Assembly: GCA_018817595.1 (NCBI GenBank)
Contig: JAHITU010000002.1
Span: 1-45,995 of the forward strand
Direction of reading: 5' to 3'
DNA from: Patescibacteria group bacterium
GTDB taxonomy: Bacteria; Patescibacteriota; Minisyncoccia; Phycocordibacterales; UBA12079
DNA length: 45,995 bases
Shown here: in pieces, positions 23,892 to 33,336 of the stretch
Numbering within the stretch: the stretch's first letter is position 1
Layout: every line of letters begins with the position of its first letter
Position numbers and translations under genes: made by a program
The notes under the pieces: model-generated
The model's database searches: none
The model's input: the letters and a program-made list of their open reading frames with translations, nothing else
Told to the model about the DNA's origin: nothing

Positions 23892-25652
23892 ATGAAAGCA
23901 AAAGAATTAAGACAAAAATATTTAGAATTTTTTGAATCAAAAGGGCATACTATTATTCCTAGTGCTTCTTTAATTCCAGAAAACGACCCTACTGTATTAT
24001 TCACCACAGCTGGAATGCATCCTTTAGTTCCATATCTGATGGGAGAAAAACACCCAGGAGGAACTCGTTTAGTAGATGCTCAAAAAGCTATACGAACTAC
24101 TGATATCGAAGAAGTGGGAGACACTACTCATCATACTTTTTTTGAAATGATGGGGAATTGGTCTCTCGGGGATTACTTTAAAAAAGAATCATTAGAATGG
24201 TCTTGGGAATTTTTAACTTCTCTTGAATGGTTAGGTTTAGATCCTAAGAGATTAGCCGTCTCTGTTTTCGAAGGAGATGAGGTAGCACCTTTTGATGAGG
24301 AAGCCTATAGAATCTGGAAAGAGATTTTTGAAAAACACGGAATTCCAGAAGCAAGAATCGCCAAGTTAGACAAAAAAGCTAATTGGTGGGGACCAGCTGG
24401 AGAAACCGGTCCTTGTGGTCCTGATTCAGAAATTTTTTATTGGGTTGGTCCAGAAGACGAAATCCCTCAGTCATTTAATGATGACAACGATTTGTGGGTA
24501 GAAGTTTGGAATAATGTTTTTATGGAATTTAATAAAACAGAAAATGGTTCTTTTGAAAAATTAACTCAGCAAAATGTAGATACTGGTTTAGGACTAGAGA
24601 GAGTAACTGCAGTGATGCAAGGATTAGACGATAATTACAAAACAGAACTTTGGATAAACTTGATTACTAAAATCGAAGAATTATCTGGGAAAAAATACGG
24701 TCAGTCAGAGGAAATAACCAAAGCTTTAAGAGTAGTTGCGGATCATATCAAAGCATCAACATTTATCATCGGAGATGACAAAGGAGTAACACCATCAAAC
24801 ACAGACCAAGGTTATATTGTTCGTCGTCTAATTCGTCGGGCTATTCGTTTTGGAAAACAATTAGGAATCACCAAAGATTTATGGTTAAAAGAAATTGCTT
24901 TAATTGTAATTGAAGATTACAAAGATGTTTATCCAGAATTAGAAAGAAATAAAGATTTTATTTTAGGACAATTAGATAAGGAAGAAATTCAATTTTCTAA
25001 GACTCTTGAAAAAGGATTGAAGGAATTAGAAAAAGGAACTGATCCCTTTGTTCTGTTTACAACTTATGGTTTCCCAATTGAAATGACTCAGGAATTAGCT
25101 GAAGAAAAAGGAATAAAGATTGATGCAGAAGATTTTAAAAACAAAATGAAAGAACATCAAGAAAAATCTAGAACTGCTGCAGCTGGAAAATTCGCTTCAG
25201 GTCTTGCTGATCACTCAGAAGAAACCACCAGATTACACACAGCCGCTCATTTACTTCTATCGGCTTTACAAAAAGTATTAGGACCAGAAGTAATTCAAAA
25301 AGGTTCAAATATTACAGCTGAAAGACTTCGATTTGACTTCGCTTGGGAAGAAAAATTGTCTGATGAACAAAAAGCAGAAGTAGAAAGATTAGTTAATGAA
25401 GCCATCGAGCAAAAGATCCCAGTAGATTGTAAAGAAATGCCGATTGAAGAAGCGAAGGCTCAAGGAGCCAGTGGAATTTTTGGGGATAAGTATGGAGATA
25501 GAGTAAAAGTTTACAAAATCGGTGATTTTTCTCACGAATTGTGTTCAGGCCCTCATGTTGAAAACACAGGTGACTTAGGAAGATTTAAAATCACCAAAGA
25601 ACAGAGTTCTAGTGCAGGGGTTAGACGAATCAAAGCCGTTTTGGAAAAATAG
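23892..25652 (+). CDS. alaS: Alanine--tRNA ligase, short form (586 aa, no C-Ala domain)
   Basis: DPTVLFTTAGM, HHTFFEMMGN, GPCGPDSE, VDTGLGLER, HTAAH, ELCSGPH, AGVRRI. Confidence 0.97.
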   Translation: MKAKELRQKYLEFFESKGHTIIPSASLIPENDPTVLFTTAGMHPLVPYLMGEKHPGGTRLVDAQKAIRTTDIEEVGDTTHHTFFEMMGNWSLGDYFKKESLEWSWEFLTSLEWLGLDPKRLAVSVFEGDEVAPFDEEAYRIWKEIFEKHGIPEARIAKLDKKANWWGPAGETGPCGPDSEIFYWVGPEDEIPQSFNDDNDLWVEVWNNVFMEFNKTENGSFEKLTQQNVDTGLGLERVTAVMQGLDDNYKTELWINLITKIEELSGKKYGQSEEITKALRVVADHIKASTFIIGDDKGVTPSNTDQGYIVRRLIRRAIRFGKQLGITKDLWLKEIALIVIEDYKDVYPELERNKDFILGQLDKEEIQFSKTLEKGLKELEKGTDPFVLFTTYGFPIEMTQELAEEKGIKIDAEDFKNKMKEHQEKSRTAAAGKFASGLADHSEETTRLHTAAHLLLSALQKVLGPEVIQKGSNITAERLRFDFAWEEKLSDEQKAEVERLVNEAIEQKIPVDCKEMPIEEAKAQGASGIFGDKYGDRVKVYKIGDFSHELCSGPHVENTGDLGRFKITKEQSSSAGVRRIKAVLEK

Positions 25653-25725
25653 TTTTCCAAAAAAGATTTAAGATTTAAGAATTAAGAAAATGAAAATCTT
25701 TGATTTTTAACAGTCGCTCCGCGAT

Positions 25726-25797
25726 CGTCTTTGCGAGGCGAGTGTTTTTTTATTTTTTTAAAAAAAATTAAAAAATCACTCAACGAAGCAATCCAGA
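25726..25797 (+). repeat. CGTC repeat with T/A-tract palindrome cargo
   Basis: cgtctttgcgaggcgagtg-tttt...aaaa-cactcaacgaagcaatccaga. Confidence 0.8.
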
Positions 25798-25824
25798 TAA
25801 ATTAAACCTATTACAAATATTTAG

Positions 25825-25862
25825 AAATGAACACCTCAACCCGTTGAGGTGTTCATTTTTTT
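25825..25862 (+). terminator. Intrinsic terminator after alaS
   Basis: aaatgaacacctcaac-cc-gttgaggtgttcattt + T-run. Confidence 0.7.
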
Positions 25863-25907
25863 ATTTTTCGTGCTAAAATATAGGGATAAAATAATTTATT
25901 AAAAATA

Positions 25908-25974
25908 AGTCAAAAGTCCATAAAGTCCATAAAGTCAAATGACTTTCGACTTTCGACTTTATAGACTTTTAACT
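25908..25974. repeat. aaagtccat / gactttc inverted tandem-repeat element, copy 1
   Basis: gtcaaaagtccataaagtccataaagtcaaa..gactttcgactttcgactttatagactttt; also 28376-28475 and 29746-29930. Confidence 0.85.
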
Positions 25975-25983
25975 AAACTCGCT

Positions 25984-27252
25984 ATGATACAAAAACTACA
26001 AGATGTGACCCCACCAAAAAGATCTATTCATGATATTCCAGTACCAAATGGAAAGCCAAGAAAATCAATAACTTCGCATGTGAGATCTGCAAACAAAAAA
26101 TCAACTTCTTTCATTAAAAAAGTTATTATTGCTTTAGTTTTAGCAGTGATTGCTTTTGTATTATTTATATCTCTGGCTGCTTCTAGTGTGGAGGTTTCTA
26201 TAGTGCCTAGACAACTAGAAAAAAGAACAGATGCTTCTTATATCGCTGTTTCGGACAATGAAACAGGAGGAATCCCTTTTGACATTATAATGTTGGACAA
26301 AACTTCAGTAAAAGCTGTAGCAGTCACAGGTGAAGAAAAAGTAACAGAAAAAGCTCGAGGAGAAATAATTATTTTCAATGATTTTGATTCTAGTAGTCAA
26401 AGATTGATAAAAAATACACGTTTTGAAACTCCGGAAGGGTTGATTTTTAGAATTCAAAATTCAGTTGTTGTTCCTGGACAAAAAGAGGACAGTACAGGAA
26501 AAATGATTCCGGGTTCTATCGAGGTGACTGTATATGCTGATCAGCCCGGAGAGGAATATAACATAGGATTAAAGGACTTTACTGTTCCGGGATTCAAGGG
26601 TTCTGACAGATATGATAAATTTTATGCTCGTTCCAAAACGGAAATGACAGGAGGATTTGAAGGAGTTAAAAAAGTTGCTTCAGATGAAGATATTATAAAT
26701 ATGCAAACTCAATTAGGAACAGAATTAATTTCTGGGCTAACTGAAGAGATAAAGACACAAATTCCTGATGGTTTTATCTTATACGATGACGCTATTTTTT
26801 CGGAAACAAAATTTTTAGGAACTAAGAATTTAGATGATGGTGTAGGTGTAGAAGAAAAAGGCTCTGTTTATGCAATTATTTTTAACAAATCTAATTTAAG
26901 TAAATACGTAGCCGAGAATGTTATTGATGACTATGATGGAGCTGATTTGATAATTTCTAATTTGGAAGAACTAGATTTTGAAATAAAAAATAAGAAAGAT
27001 GTGACTCCTTGGGTAGAGGGAAGATTTGTATTCTCTCTTAAGGGTCAATGTAACTTTGAATGGCTTTTTGATGAGGAAGCTTTAAAGAATGATTTTGTTG
27101 GTAAAGCAAAAGATACCACTAGTGAAATATTATCTCAATATCCTAGTATTGATTCTGCAGAAGTTGTAGTTAAACCTTTTTGGAAAAATTCTTTTCCTAG
27201 AAGTACTAGCAAAATAGAAATAATTAAGAATTTAGAAAAGGAAAATATCTAA
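25984..27252 (+). CDS. Membrane-anchored conserved protein, baseplate J/gp47-like region (start revised from 25939)
   Basis: One TM helix, KARGEIIIFN..TRFETPEGLIFR..PGSIEVTVYADQPGEEYN; the upstream ATG lies inside a repeat. Confidence 0.6.
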   Translation: MIQKLQDVTPPKRSIHDIPVPNGKPRKSITSHVRSANKKSTSFIKKVIIALVLAVIAFVLFISLAASSVEVSIVPRQLEKRTDASYIAVSDNETGGIPFDIIMLDKTSVKAVAVTGEEKVTEKARGEIIIFNDFDSSSQRLIKNTRFETPEGLIFRIQNSVVVPGQKEDSTGKMIPGSIEVTVYADQPGEEYNIGLKDFTVPGFKGSDRYDKFYARSKTEMTGGFEGVKKVASDEDIINMQTQLGTELISGLTEEIKTQIPDGFILYDDAIFSETKFLGTKNLDDGVGVEEKGSVYAIIFNKSNLSKYVAENVIDDYDGADLIISNLEELDFEIKNKKDVTPWVEGRFVFSLKGQCNFEWLFDEEALKNDFVGKAKDTTSEILSQYPSIDSAEVVVKPFWKNSFPRSTSKIEIIKNLEKENI

Positions 27253-27402
27253 CAAAATAAGGCTATTTGCATAAATTTAATTTCCATAAAATTGAATTTT
27301 TAATTTCACTTTGTCACTGATTTTTTATATATTTTATTTAAATTAAAAAACACTTGAAAAAAGAGAGGGTTTTTGTTAGAATAACTCTCGTTACTTTGAA
27401 GT

Positions 27403-27633
27403 ATGATAAATAAAGAAGAACAATTTGTAGAAGGGACTATTGTAGAGGCTCTGCCTAATACTCTTTTTAATGTTGAGATTGAAAACCCAGATACCAAAGA
27501 AATAGAAACTAAGTTAGTTTATTTATCTGGTAAAATGAGAATTCACAGAATTAAAGTTTTAGTGGGGGACAAGGTTAAAATAAAAGTAGATCCTTATGGA
27601 GGAAGAGGAAGAATTGTTCAAAGATTAAAATAA
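27403..27633 (+). CDS. infA: Translation initiation factor IF-1
   Basis: [24 protein letters not shown]. Confidence 0.96.
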   Translation: MINKEEQFVEGTIVEALPNTLFNVEIENPDTKEIETKLVYLSGKMRIHRIKVLVGDKVKIKVDPYGGRGRIVQRLK

Positions 27634-27641
27634 TAAATAAC

Positions 27642-27755
27642 ATGAAAATAAAATCATCAGTTAAAAAAATATGTGTGAAATGTAAAACCGTTCGAAGAAA
27701 CGGTCGTGTTTGTGTTATTTGTGAAAATCCTAGACATAAACAAAGACAACGTTAA
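27642..27755 (+). CDS. rpmJ: 50S ribosomal protein L36 (not in ORF track)
   Basis: [37 protein letters not shown], between infA and rpsM. Confidence 0.96.
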   Translation: MKIKSSVKKICVKCKTVRRNGRVCVICENPRHKQRQR

Positions 27756-27816
27756 GAAATAATTTTGGATTTAAATTATTTCAAATTAAAAATGATAAAT
27801 TATAAATTTTAAATTA

Positions 27817-27929
27817 TGGACTGCTTCGTCGCAGGCTCCTCGCAGAGACGAATTTTACAAAGTAAAATTCGTTACGAAAAGCTAAAGCTTTTCGTCTTTG
27901 CGAGGAGGTTACGACGAAGCAATCCAGAG
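27817..27929. repeat. Inverted CGTC doublet between rpmJ and rpsM
   Basis: tggactgcttcgtc..ctcgcagagacg / cgaattttacaaagtaaaattcg / acgaaaagctaaagcttttcgt / cgtctttgcgagg..gacgaagcaatccaga. Confidence 0.85.
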
Positions 27930-27990
27930 ATTAATAAGAAAAAAATTACTTTGCAATTTTTTCCTAAAAGCTAACCTACTAAATAAATAT

Positions 27991-28368
27991 ATGAGAATTT
28001 CAGGAATTACAATCCCAGATGAAAAAAGATTAGAAATAGGCCTAACGGTCTTGTTTGGTGTTGGAAGACCATTAGCTCATAAAATTTTAGATGAAGCAAA
28101 GGTTGAATATGGTAAAAAACCAAAGGATACAACTCCAGAAGAAGAGAACGCGATAAGAAAGATTGTTGAAGAATTAAAACTAGAAGGAAACTTAAAAAGA
28201 GAGATAAGTGGAAATGTTAAAAGATTGATTGATATTGGTTCATACAGAGGATCAAGACATTCTAGAGGTTTACCTAGTCGAGGTCAAAGAACTAGAACAA
28301 ATTCGAGAACATTGCGTGGTAAGAAGAAAACTATGGGTTCTGGTAGAAAAAAGGCAGATAAAAAATAA
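27991..28368 (+). CDS. rpsM: 30S ribosomal protein S13 (start revised from 27898)
   Basis: MRISGITIP..LFGVG..IGSYRGSRH..LPSRGQRTRTNSRT. Confidence 0.97.
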   Translation: MRISGITIPDEKRLEIGLTVLFGVGRPLAHKILDEAKVEYGKKPKDTTPEEENAIRKIVEELKLEGNLKREISGNVKRLIDIGSYRGSRHSRGLPSRGQRTRTNSRTLRGKKKTMGSGRKKADKK

Positions 28369-28375
28369 TAATAAC

Positions 28376-28475
28376 GAGTCAAAAGTCCATAAAGTCCATA
28401 AAGTCAAAAATTAAAAATCACAAAGTGATTTTTAAAAAAAGACTTTCGACTTTCGACTTTAAAGACTTTAGACTA
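28376..28475. repeat. aaagtccat / gactttc element, copy 2
   Basis: Same arms as 25908; loop holds aaaatcacaaagtgatttt. Confidence 0.85.
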
Positions 28476-28483
28476 ACATAATT

Positions 28484-28927
28484 ATGGGTAAAAAAAGAAT
28501 TATAAAAAAGACAGGAAAAACAGGAGGATCAAAAAACAGTGCTTTGAAATCACGTTTTTTAAGTCGTGGCTCAAAAAGGAAGTTAGACACTGGGATTTTG
28601 CATGTTCGTTCAACTTATAACAATACCCTTATTTCCCTAACTGATTTAAAAGGGGATTTAATTTGTAATTCTTCAAGTGGGGCATTAGGTTTCAGAGGGG
28701 CTAAAAAAGGAACACCTTTCGCAGCTGCTAAAATAGGTGAATTAATTGGAGATATGGCAAAATCATTAGGTATAAAGACTGTTGATATCGTTGTAAAAGG
28801 GGTAGGAGCAGGAAGGGAGGCTGGAATAAGAGGTTTTATTTCAAAAGGTATTCATATTGATTCAATTAAAGATATGACACCAATTCCTCATAACGGACCT
28901 AAACCTAAGAAACCTAGAAGAGTGTAA
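28484..28927 (+). CDS. rpsK: 30S ribosomal protein S11
   Basis: STYNNT, GAKKGTPFAA, TPIPHNG. Confidence 0.97.
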   Translation: MGKKRIIKKTGKTGGSKNSALKSRFLSRGSKRKLDTGILHVRSTYNNTLISLTDLKGDLICNSSSGALGFRGAKKGTPFAAAKIGELIGDMAKSLGIKTVDIVVKGVGAGREAGIRGFISKGIHIDSIKDMTPIPHNGPKPKKPRRV

Positions 28928-29059
28928 AAATTAAACAAAGTTTAATTTTAAGAGATAGGATTTAAGATTTAAGATTTAAGAAAAAAATTTGCAGAGCAAA
29001 TCCTTAAATCCTAAATCTTAAATCTTAAATCTTATTTTTAAATAATAATTTAAAAATTT
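28928..29059 (+). repeat. About 130-bp gatttaa-heptamer hairpin spacer, copy 1
   Basis: Near-identical to 31275-31404 and 31747-31876. Confidence 0.92.
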
Positions 29060-29671
29060 ATGATTATAAAAACAAAATATAAATTATGTCGAAGATTAGG
29101 TGCTAATCTTTTCGAGAAAACTCAGACACAAAAATATGCTTTAGCTGAAGCTCGAAAGAGTGGAAACAAAAGATTGAAAAGAAAGAAGATGCCTTCTCAA
29201 TATGGTTTACAATTGATTGAAAAGCAAAAATTACGTTTTTCTTATGGTATAAGAGAAAAGCAATTAGCTAAATATGTTAAGGAATCAATCCTTCAAGAGA
29301 ATTCAAATCCAGCAGATTCTTTAAATAAGAGACTGGAACTAAGATTAGATAACGTTGTTTATAGATTAGGAATAGCTCCTACAAGAGCAATGGCAAGACA
29401 ATTAGTTTCTCATGGACATATTATGGTAAATGGTAAAAGACTATCAATTGCTTCCCACAAAACAAAGGTAGGAGATATCATAAGTATAAGAGAACAAAGT
29501 CAAAGTAAAAAAGCGTTTGAAAATTTAGCAGAAGTTATAAAGAATGCTGTTAAAGTTGATTGGTTGAATTTTGATTTAAAAAAGAAAGAAGGAAAAATTA
29601 TTTCTGAACCCAAGTTAGAGAGTCAAGAAATCTTTGATTTCAAAACAATTCTAGAATTTTATGGTCGTTAA
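29060..29671 (+). CDS. rpsD: 30S ribosomal protein S4
   Basis: YGLQLIEKQKLR, LELRLDNVVYRLG, ARQLVSHGH. Confidence 0.97.
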   Translation: MIIKTKYKLCRRLGANLFEKTQTQKYALAEARKSGNKRLKRKKMPSQYGLQLIEKQKLRFSYGIREKQLAKYVKESILQENSNPADSLNKRLELRLDNVVYRLGIAPTRAMARQLVSHGHIMVNGKRLSIASHKTKVGDIISIREQSQSKKAFENLAEVIKNAVKVDWLNFDLKKKEGKIISEPKLESQEIFDFKTILEFYGR

Positions 29672-29745
29672 TATAGCCTTTTAATTTGCAAAAATGCTTA
29701 AAGTGATGTACTATTTATAAAACTTTTAATAATTAATTAAAAAGA

Positions 29746-29930
29746 GAGTCAAAAGTCCATAAAGTCCATAAAGTCAAAAAAGTCCATAAAGTTCATAAAG
29801 TCTATAAAGTCCATAAAGTCAAAAAATTTGGAAAGCAAATTTTTCACTTTCGACTTTCGACTTTCGACTTTCGACTACTGCTGACAAGCAGCTCTGACTT
29901 TCGACTTTCGACTTTATAGACTTTTAACTA
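29746..29930. repeat. aaagtccat / gactttc element, copy 3 (expanded)
   Basis: More repeat units, with nested aaaaatttggaaagcaaattttt and ctgctgacaagcag. Confidence 0.85.
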
Positions 29931-29938
29931 ATCAATCT

Positions 29939-30916
29939 ATGTCTGAATATAATATTTTATTACCATCAAAACCTATTATCGTTAAAGACGAGGGTTTTAA
30001 AGGTCTTTATCAAATAGATGGTTTATATCCAGGCTATGGACACACATTAGGTAATTCTTTAAGAAGAATAATTTTATCTTCTTTACCAGGAACAGCTGTT
30101 ACTTCAGTGGAAATTGAGGGAGTTGAACATGAATTTTCTACTATCAGTGGAATCAAGGAAGATGTGATTAGAATTCTTTTAAATATCAAAAAATTAAGAA
30201 TTAAGATGTTAACAGATGAGCCACAAGTTTTGACTTTGAAAGCAAAAGGAGTTAAAAATGTTACAGCTGCAGATATTGATGCTAATGGGCAAATAGAAAT
30301 AATGAATCCTGAGTTAGAGATAGCAACTTTAACAGATGTCAAGGCTTCCTTGGATATGAGAATCACAGTTAAAAAAGGATTAGGATACATAAGTAAAGAA
30401 GATCAAACAGAAGAAAGAACTAAAATTGGAATGATGATTTTAGATGCTTCATATACACCCATTAGAAGAGTTTCTTATGAAGTTGAAAATATGAGAGTTG
30501 GAGACAGAACAGATTTTAACAGACTTTCTATTTTCATAGAAACCGATGGAACAATTGAACCAAAGGAAGCATTAGAAAATTCAATAGAAATAATGATTAA
30601 GCAGTTGGCTGCTATTGTTGGTTTTGAAGAAGAGTCAATTGGAATTTCAGAAGAAGAAAAGAAACAAGTTGAAGAAAAAGAAGATGTAGGGAAAAAAGAT
30701 GAAATGGATAACGATTTTCTGAAAACAAGAGTCGATACCTTGAACTTATCTTTAAGAACAGCAAATGCTTTAGATGGTGCAAGTATTCGAACAGTTGGAG
30801 GTTTAGTTAAAAAGACAGAAGACGATTTATTGTCTTTGGAAGGATTAGGAGCTAAAGGAATTCAAGAAATCAAAAGAGCTTTAAGTGATTTTGGTGTAAT
30901 ATTGAAGCAAAAATAA
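29939..30916 (+). CDS. rpoA: RNA polymerase alpha subunit
   Basis: GYGHTLGNSLRRIILSSLPG, HEFSTISG, VENMRVG, CTD LSLRTANAL. Confidence 0.98.
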   Translation: MSEYNILLPSKPIIVKDEGFKGLYQIDGLYPGYGHTLGNSLRRIILSSLPGTAVTSVEIEGVEHEFSTISGIKEDVIRILLNIKKLRIKMLTDEPQVLTLKAKGVKNVTAADIDANGQIEIMNPELEIATLTDVKASLDMRITVKKGLGYISKEDQTEERTKIGMMILDASYTPIRRVSYEVENMRVGDRTDFNRLSIFIETDGTIEPKEALENSIEIMIKQLAAIVGFEEESIGISEEEKKQVEEKEDVGKKDEMDNDFLKTRVDTLNLSLRTANALDGASIRTVGGLVKKTEDDLLSLEGLGAKGIQEIKRALSDFGVILKQK

Positions 30917-30917
30917 T

Positions 30918-31274
30918 ATGAGACATCATAACAGTAACAAAAAATTCGGTAGATCAAAAAATCAAAGAAAGGCACTTTTACGTTCTTTGGCTATTTCTCT
31001 TGTAGAAAATGAATCAATAAAAACAACTGAGACCAAGGCTAAGTCTTTAAGACCTTTTGTTGAAAAATTAATTACACGAGGTAAAAAAGATTCCATTTTT
31101 ACAAAAAGATTATTAATGATGAAATTAGGAGGAGAAAATATGAAGATTGTTAATAAATTAACAAATGAATTAGCTGGTAAGTATAAAGAAAGAAACGGAG
31201 GATATACACGTATTACAAAATTAACACATAGACAGGGAGATGGAAGCCCTATGGCTCAAATAGAGTTAGTATAA
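30918..31274 (+). CDS. rplQ: 50S ribosomal protein L17
   Basis: MRHH..FGR, IKTTETKAK, RNGGYTRI. Confidence 0.97.
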   Translation: MRHHNSNKKFGRSKNQRKALLRSLAISLVENESIKTTETKAKSLRPFVEKLITRGKKDSIFTKRLLMMKLGGENMKIVNKLTNELAGKYKERNGGYTRITKLTHRQGDGSPMAQIELV

Positions 31275-31404
31275 AATTAAACAAAGTTTAATTTTAAGAG
31301 ATAGGATTTAAGATTTAAGATTTAAGAAAAAAATTTGCAGAGCAAATCCTTAAATCATAAATCTTAAATCTTAAATCTTATTTTTAAATAATAATTTAAA
31401 AATT
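31275..31404 (+). repeat. About 130-bp heptamer hairpin spacer, copy 2
   Basis: Fills the entire rplQ-rplM spacer. Confidence 0.92.
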
Positions 31405-31752
31405 ATGGAATATAATATAGATGCACGAGGAGAAAAATTAGGAAGATTAGCTAGTCAAATAGCAATTTTGTTAATGGGAAAAAACAAAACAGACTTTACA
31501 AAAAATGAATTAGCAGATGCTAAAGTTAATGTTATTAATGCTTCAAAATTAAATATTACTAGAAAGAAAATGAAGCAAACAGAATATCAAAAATATTCTG
31601 GGTTCCCAGGAGGAAGAAAAGTTGAAAATATGGAAAAAGTAATTTCAGATAAAGGATACACAGAAATATTAAGAAAAGCTGTATATGGAATGCTTCCTGG
31701 AAATAAATTACGACCATTAATGATGAAAAATTTGATAATAAAAGAAAATTAA
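31405..31752 (+). CDS. rplM: 50S ribosomal protein L13 (short form)
   Basis: IDARGEKLGRLAS, YSGFPGG, AVYGMLP. Confidence 0.96.
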   Translation: MEYNIDARGEKLGRLASQIAILLMGKNKTDFTKNELADAKVNVINASKLNITRKKMKQTEYQKYSGFPGGRKVENMEKVISDKGYTEILRKAVYGMLPGNKLRPLMMKNLIIKEN

Positions 31753-31876
31753 ACAAAGTTTAATTTTAAGAGATAGGATTTAAGATTTAAGATTTAAGAA
31801 AAAAATTTACAGAGTAAATTCTTAAATCCTAAATCTTAAATCTTAAATCTTATTTTTAAATTATTATTTAAAAATT
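31747..31876 (+). repeat. About 130-bp heptamer hairpin spacer, copy 3
   Basis: Fills the rplM-rpsI spacer; its 5' aattaa contains the rplM stop codon. Confidence 0.92.
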
Positions 31877-32287
31877 ATGACTACAACTAAAACAACAAAT
31901 AAATATATAGAAACAGTTGGAAGAAGAAAAACAGCTACAGCCAGAGTTAGATTAACTGAAGCTGCAAAAACTTCTTATATTGTTAACGGTGGAAAATTAT
32001 CTGAATATTTTAACACAGAAGAATTACAATCAATAGTAAAAGAAGCTTTTGATATAGCTAAATTTGAAGGTAAATATTCAGTCTCTGCCTTAGTAAACGG
32101 AGGAGGTATCCATGCGCAAGCAGAAGCCATTAGACATGGAATTTCTAGAGCTTTACTTAAAATCGACGAAGAATTTAAGAAGGATTTGAAAAAAGCTGGA
32201 TTCTTGAAGAGAGACCCAAGAATGAAAGAAAGAAAGAAATTCGGTTTGAAATCTGCTCGTAGAGCTCCACAATGGAATAAGAGATAA
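31877..32287 (+). CDS. rpsI: 30S ribosomal protein S9
   Basis: GRRKTATARV, GGGIHAQAEAIRHG, RDPRMKERKK. Confidence 0.97.
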   Translation: MTTTKTTNKYIETVGRRKTATARVRLTEAAKTSYIVNGGKLSEYFNTEELQSIVKEAFDIAKFEGKYSVSALVNGGGIHAQAEAIRHGISRALLKIDEEFKKDLKKAGFLKRDPRMKERKKFGLKSARRAPQWNKR

Positions 32288-32481
32288 AAAATACTCTATA
32301 TTTTTTATAATTTTTAATTTTTAAATTTTGTAATTTTTAAATAAATTAAAATTTTTAATGTTTTAAACTTTACAAAAATTTATGTAAAGTAGTTTTTAGT
32401 TTTATTTTGAAATTAAAAATTATATATTAGAAATTATTTATAAAATTAAAAATTCAAAATTATAAAATTTTTTAATATATT

Positions 32482-33090
32482 ATGTCAGAAGAAAACAAAA
32501 AAAACAAAAATACAGATGAAAATGATATTATCGAATCAGAAATTGACGATGTTATTATCGAATCAGAGGAAGAATCTCTAAACTCTTTTGGAGATAAAAC
32601 TTCTGATAAACTCAGAGAAAAATTAAATAAAGCTGTTGAAGAAAAGCAAGAATATTTAGCAGGGTGGCAAAGAGCCAAAGCAGATTTAATTAATGCTCGA
32701 AAAGATTTTGGAGAACAAAAAACAGATTTACTAAAATATGCCAATACAGATTTAATTTTACAACTTATTCCTGTTTTGGATTCTTTTGAAATGGCTTTAA
32801 AAAATGTTGATGAAAGTGATGAAAACCTGCCTGCCGGACAGGCAGGACTTAAGGTTTGGTCTCAAGGAGTCCGACATATTTATTCTCAATTAATGTCTAT
32901 TTTAGAATCCAATGGAGTTAAACAGATAAACCCATTAAACGAAGAATTTAATCATGAACTTCATACCTCCGTTGAAAATGTTAAAGTTGACGAAGCTACT
33001 AAGAAGAATATAATAGTAGAGGTGGTCCAAAAAGGATATGAATTAAATGGAAAAATTATTCGAGAAGCCAAAGTAAAAGTTTCCGAATAA
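32482..33090 (+). CDS. grpE: Nucleotide exchange factor GrpE
   Basis: WQRAKADLIN, LIPVLDSF, FNHELH, QKGYELNGKIIREAKV. Confidence 0.95.
   Translation: MSEENKKNKNTDENDIIESEIDDVIIESEEESLNSFGDKTSDKLREKLNKAVEEKQEYLAGWQRAKADLINARKDFGEQKTDLLKYANTDLILQLIPVLDSFEMALKNVDESDENLPAGQAGLKVWSQGVRHIYSQLMSILESNGVKQINPLNEEFNHELHTSVENVKVDEATKKNIIVEVVQKGYELNGKIIREAKVKVSE
32826..32846. repeat. 21-bp cctgcctgcc palindrome in frame in grpE
   Basis: cctgcctgccggacaggcagg (LPAGQAG); 20-bp intergenic relative at 35543-35562. Confidence 0.85.
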
Positions 33091-33108
33091 AAAATAAAAT
33101 ATTTTTTG

Positions 33109-33255
33109 AATTTTCAATTATCAATTATCAATTTTCAGTGAATTTTCAATGATTAAATGTTCAATGTTGACTAATTTTGGATTCGCCAAAATTCGTGTTT
33201 GAAAATTTATAAATTAACTCATTGATTGAAAATTGAAAATTGTAAATTGAAAATT
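33109..33255. repeat. Inverted heptamer arrays (caatttt / ttgaaaa) between grpE and dnaK
   Basis: aattttcaattatcaattatcaattttc ... gaaaattgaaaattgtaaattgaaaatt with nested aattttggattcgccaaaatt. Confidence 0.8.
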
Positions 33256-33336
33256 AATTTTACGAACATAATTTATAACTTTGATTTTTCACATTATTAA
33301 TAAAATTAAATTATTAGTTAACTAAAATAAAATACT

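Noticed and set aside
25984-27252. Contractile injection system or phage baseplate locus
   Set aside because: Single membrane-anchored gene among housekeeping genes; no sheath, tube or spike genes
27898-27990. N-terminal extension of S13 in the ORF track (likewise 25939, 11043, 39725)
   Set aside because: Extensions are read through repeat or promoter DNA; conserved sequence or promoter spacing points to downstream ATGs
28928-31876. Heptamer spacers as CRISPR repeats or integron attC sites
   Set aside because: They separate ordinary r-protein genes; no unique short spacers, no RYYYAAC/GTTRRRY ends and no integrase seen
32290-33336. CIRCE operator or hrcA for grpE-dnaK-dnaJ
   Set aside because: No TTAGCACTC-N9-GAGTGCTAA and no hrcA found in the window
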